A DNA stretch of 32,000 nucleotides from Candidatus Saccharimonadota bacterium (GTDB lineage Bacteria > Pseudomonadota > Gammaproteobacteria > Enterobacterales > Enterobacteriaceae), in NCBI RefSeq assembly GCF_023585745.1, contig NZ_CP097762.1, positions 120,001 through 152,000 of the forward strand. The letters run 5' to 3'. This document shows, in pieces, positions 29,959 through 32,000 of this stretch (the stretch's first letter is position 1; every line of letters begins with the position of its first letter). The notes below the pieces were generated by a model. It saw only the letters and a program-made list of their open reading frames with translations, did not search any database and was not told the DNA's origin. The translations under genes and the position numbers were made by a program.

Positions 29959-31224
29959 ATGATAAAAACTTCAGAAAAAAAATTACTAGTAGGACTAGAA
30001 ATTGGGACAACTAAAGTCGTTGTAATAATAGGAGAGATTTTATCTGACGGTATAATAAATGTTATTGGATTAGGACATTGCCCATCACATGGTATGGATA
30101 AAGGAGGCGTAAATAATTTAGAATCAGTAGTAAAATGCGTGCAATATTCTATTAATTCAGCAGAAGCAATGGCAGGGTGTCAGATTTCATCAGTATACCT
30201 ATCTTTATCTGGAAAACATATTAGTTGTAAAAATGAAATTGGTATGATTCCAATTTCTGAAGAAGAAGTAAAACAATCAGATGTAAATAATGTAGTACAT
30301 ATAGCTAAATCAGTAAAAATACAAGATGAACATCGTATATTACATGTCATTCCTCAAGAATATTCTATTGATTATCAAGAAGGCATAAAAAATCCAGTTG
30401 GATTATCTGGAGTCAGAATGCAAGCAAAAGTTCATTTAATCACTTGTCATAACGATATGGCTAAAAATATTGTCAAAACTGTAGAACGATGTGGATTACA
30501 AGTAGATCAATTAATATTTTCTGGATTAGCTTCAAGTTATGCTGTTTTAACAGAGGATGAACGTGAATTGGGCGTATGTGTTGTAGATATAGGCAGCGGT
30601 ACTATGGATATAGCAATATATACCGCTGGTTCTTTAAGACATACTAAAGTGATTCCATATGCTGGAAATGTAGTAACTAGTGATATTGCATATGCTTTTG
30701 GAACTCCGGTGTCTGACGCAGAAGTGATTAAAATAAATCATGGATGTGCATTAGAATCTTTAATTAATAAAGGAGAAAACATAGAAGTACCCAGTGTTGG
30801 TGGCAGACCACCACGTATTTTGCAAAAACATATGTTAGCTGAAATAATTGAGCCACGATATTTGGAATTGATGATGTTGGTAAACAAAGAAATTTTACAA
30901 TTACAATCACGATTAAAACAATTTAATATTAAACATCATCTGGCAGCAGGTGTTGTGTTAACTGGCGGAGCATCTCTTATAGATGGATTGGAAGCATGTG
31001 CAAAAAAAGTCTTTCGTACTCAAGTACGCATTGCTTCTGCTATAAAGATCAATGGAATGATAGATAACATTGTTAAGCCACAATATTCTACTGTCATTGG
31101 TTTATTACATTATGGAAAGGAATCTGGTCGGAATAATGAGATAGATATAGAGACAGGGATAACCATTAAAAATTGGATAAAAAAAATAAATGATTGGTTA
31201 AAAAAAGAATTTAAAAAATTTTGA
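29959..31224 (+). CDS. ftsA: Cell division protein FtsA (actin-like ATPase)
   Basis: 421 aa. LVGLEIGTTKV, GMDKGGVN, VDIGSGTMDIAIY and VLTGGAS are present. The C-terminal amphipathic membrane-targeting helix NWIKKINDWLKKEF corresponds to E. coli SWIKRLNSWLRKEF. Confidence 0.96.
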   Translation: MIKTSEKKLLVGLEIGTTKVVVIIGEILSDGIINVIGLGHCPSHGMDKGGVNNLESVVKCVQYSINSAEAMAGCQISSVYLSLSGKHISCKNEIGMIPISEEEVKQSDVNNVVHIAKSVKIQDEHRILHVIPQEYSIDYQEGIKNPVGLSGVRMQAKVHLITCHNDMAKNIVKTVERCGLQVDQLIFSGLASSYAVLTEDERELGVCVVDIGSGTMDIAIYTAGSLRHTKVIPYAGNVVTSDIAYAFGTPVSDAEVIKINHGCALESLINKGENIEVPSVGGRPPRILQKHMLAEIIEPRYLELMMLVNKEILQLQSRLKQFNIKHHLAAGVVLTGGASLIDGLEACAKKVFRTQVRIASAIKINGMIDNIVKPQYSTVIGLLHYGKESGRNNEIDIETGITIKNWIKKINDWLKKEFKKF

Positions 31225-31280
31225 AAATGATAAAATATATAAAATATTGCAAATTAATTTTGAGATAACCAAATTAATAT

Positions 31281-31284
31281 GGAG
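31281..31284 (+). promoter_or_regulatory. Shine-Dalgarno (GGAG) for ftsZ
   Basis: In ATATGGAGAAAATTATG, the GGAG lies 6 nt upstream of the ftsZ ATG at 31291. Confidence 0.55.
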
Positions 31285-31290
31285 AAAATT

Positions 31291-32000
31291 ATGTTTGAAC
31301 CAATAGAATTAACAAGCGATGCAATAATTAAAGTTATTGGTATTGGTGGGGGAGGTAGTAACGCAGTGGAACATATGTTACGCGAACATATTGAAGGTGT
31401 AGATTTTTTTGCTGTTAATACTGATGCCCAAGCTTTAAGAAAAATGACAATCGGTCAAACTATTCAGATCGGTAATTCTATTACTAAAGGGTTAGGAGCA
31501 GGAGCAAATCCAGAAATTGGTCGTAATTCTGCGGAAGAAGATCGTGATATATTAAAAACTACTATAGAAGGAGCAGATATGATATTTATTGCTGCAGGAA
31601 TGGGTGGGGGTACTGGCACTGGAGCTGCACCTATAGTAGCAGAAATTGCTAAAAATTTGGGAATTTTAACTGTCGCTGTAGTTACTAAGCCTTTTAATTT
31701 TGAAGGAAAAAAACGTATGAATTTTGCTGAAAAAGGAATTTCTGAGTTATCTAAATATGTAGATTCCTTAATTACAATTCCAAATGATAAATTATTAAAA
31801 GTTTTAGGACGCGGTGTATCACTACTAGATGCATTTAGCGCAGCAAATGATGTATTAAAAGGCGCAGTACAAGGTATTGCAGAATTAATTACTCGACCAG
31901 GTTTAATGAACGTAGATTTTGCTGATGTACGTACAGTAATGTCAGAAATGGGATACGCTATGATGGGCGCTGGAATAGGATGTGGTGATGATAGAGCAGA
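31291..32000 (+). CDS. ftsZ: Cell division GTPase FtsZ, 3'-truncated by the window edge
   Basis: It is not in the ORF track because it runs off the window. My own translation from ATG 31291 is [29 protein letters not shown]...[12 protein letters not shown]...[12 protein letters not shown]...[18 protein letters not shown]...[13 protein letters not shown]...ITIPNDKLL...[11 protein letters not shown]. This is near-identical to E. coli FtsZ and includes the tubulin signature GGGTGTG. No stop occurs before nt 32000. Confidence 0.97.
   Translation, partial: MFEPIELTSDAIIKVIGIGGGGSNAVEHMLREHIEGVDFFAVNTDAQALRKMTIGQTIQIGNSITKGLGAGANPEIGRNSAEEDRDILKTTIEGADMIFIAAGMGGGTGTGAAPIVAEIAKNLGILTVAVVTKPFNFEGKKRMNFAEKGISELSKYVDSLITIPNDKLLKVLGRGVSLLDAFSAANDVLKGAVQGIAELITRPGLMNVDFADVRTVMSEMGYAMMGAGIGCGDDRA

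Noticed and set aside
1-32000. A search by eye for CRISPR-like repeat-spacer arrays, IS or transposase remnants, integrase or phage genes, tRNA/rRNA genes, toxin-antitoxin pairs and defence-system-like ORFs.
   Set aside because: None was seen. All ORFs of 60 aa or more outside known genes are antisense shadows. Intergenic DNA totals only a few short AT-rich spacers, with no direct repeats or tRNA-like GC-containing stems that I could recognise.

Overview
This window comes from a very AT-rich, genome-reduced gammaproteobacterial (Enterobacterales-derived) obligate endosymbiont. By gene content it looks most like a Candidatus Blochmannia-type insect symbiont, but that is inference and I could not run a search. 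It holds 25 tightly packed, apparently intact housekeeping genes, in the same order and orientation as the E. coli K-12 segment from carA to ftsZ. The blocks are: carA (5' partial)-carB; folA; the minus-strand operon lptD-surA-pdxA-rsmA(ksgA)-apaH; the minus-strand leuABCD operon; and the plus-strand dcw cluster rsmH-ftsL-ftsI-murE-murF-mraY-murD-ftsW-murG-murC-ftsQ-ftsA-ftsZ (3' partial, absent from the ORF track). Genes were identified by eye against remembered E. coli protein sequences and catalytic motifs. I found no rRNA, tRNA, CRISPR array, mobile element, defence locus or unexplained large ORF. Every long ORF not assigned to a gene lies antisense inside a conserved gene. I therefore see no evidence of a novel system, and this is ordinary core genome. 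The points worth a second look are deletion scars and small gene-level oddities. ddlB is missing between murC and ftsQ although murF is intact. mraZ, leuL, leuO, ilvIH and cra are missing from the leuA/rsmH divergent spacer, and apaG is missing. There is a possible nonsense-truncated murC 5' end. LptD keeps only one of its two conserved disulfide positions pairs.
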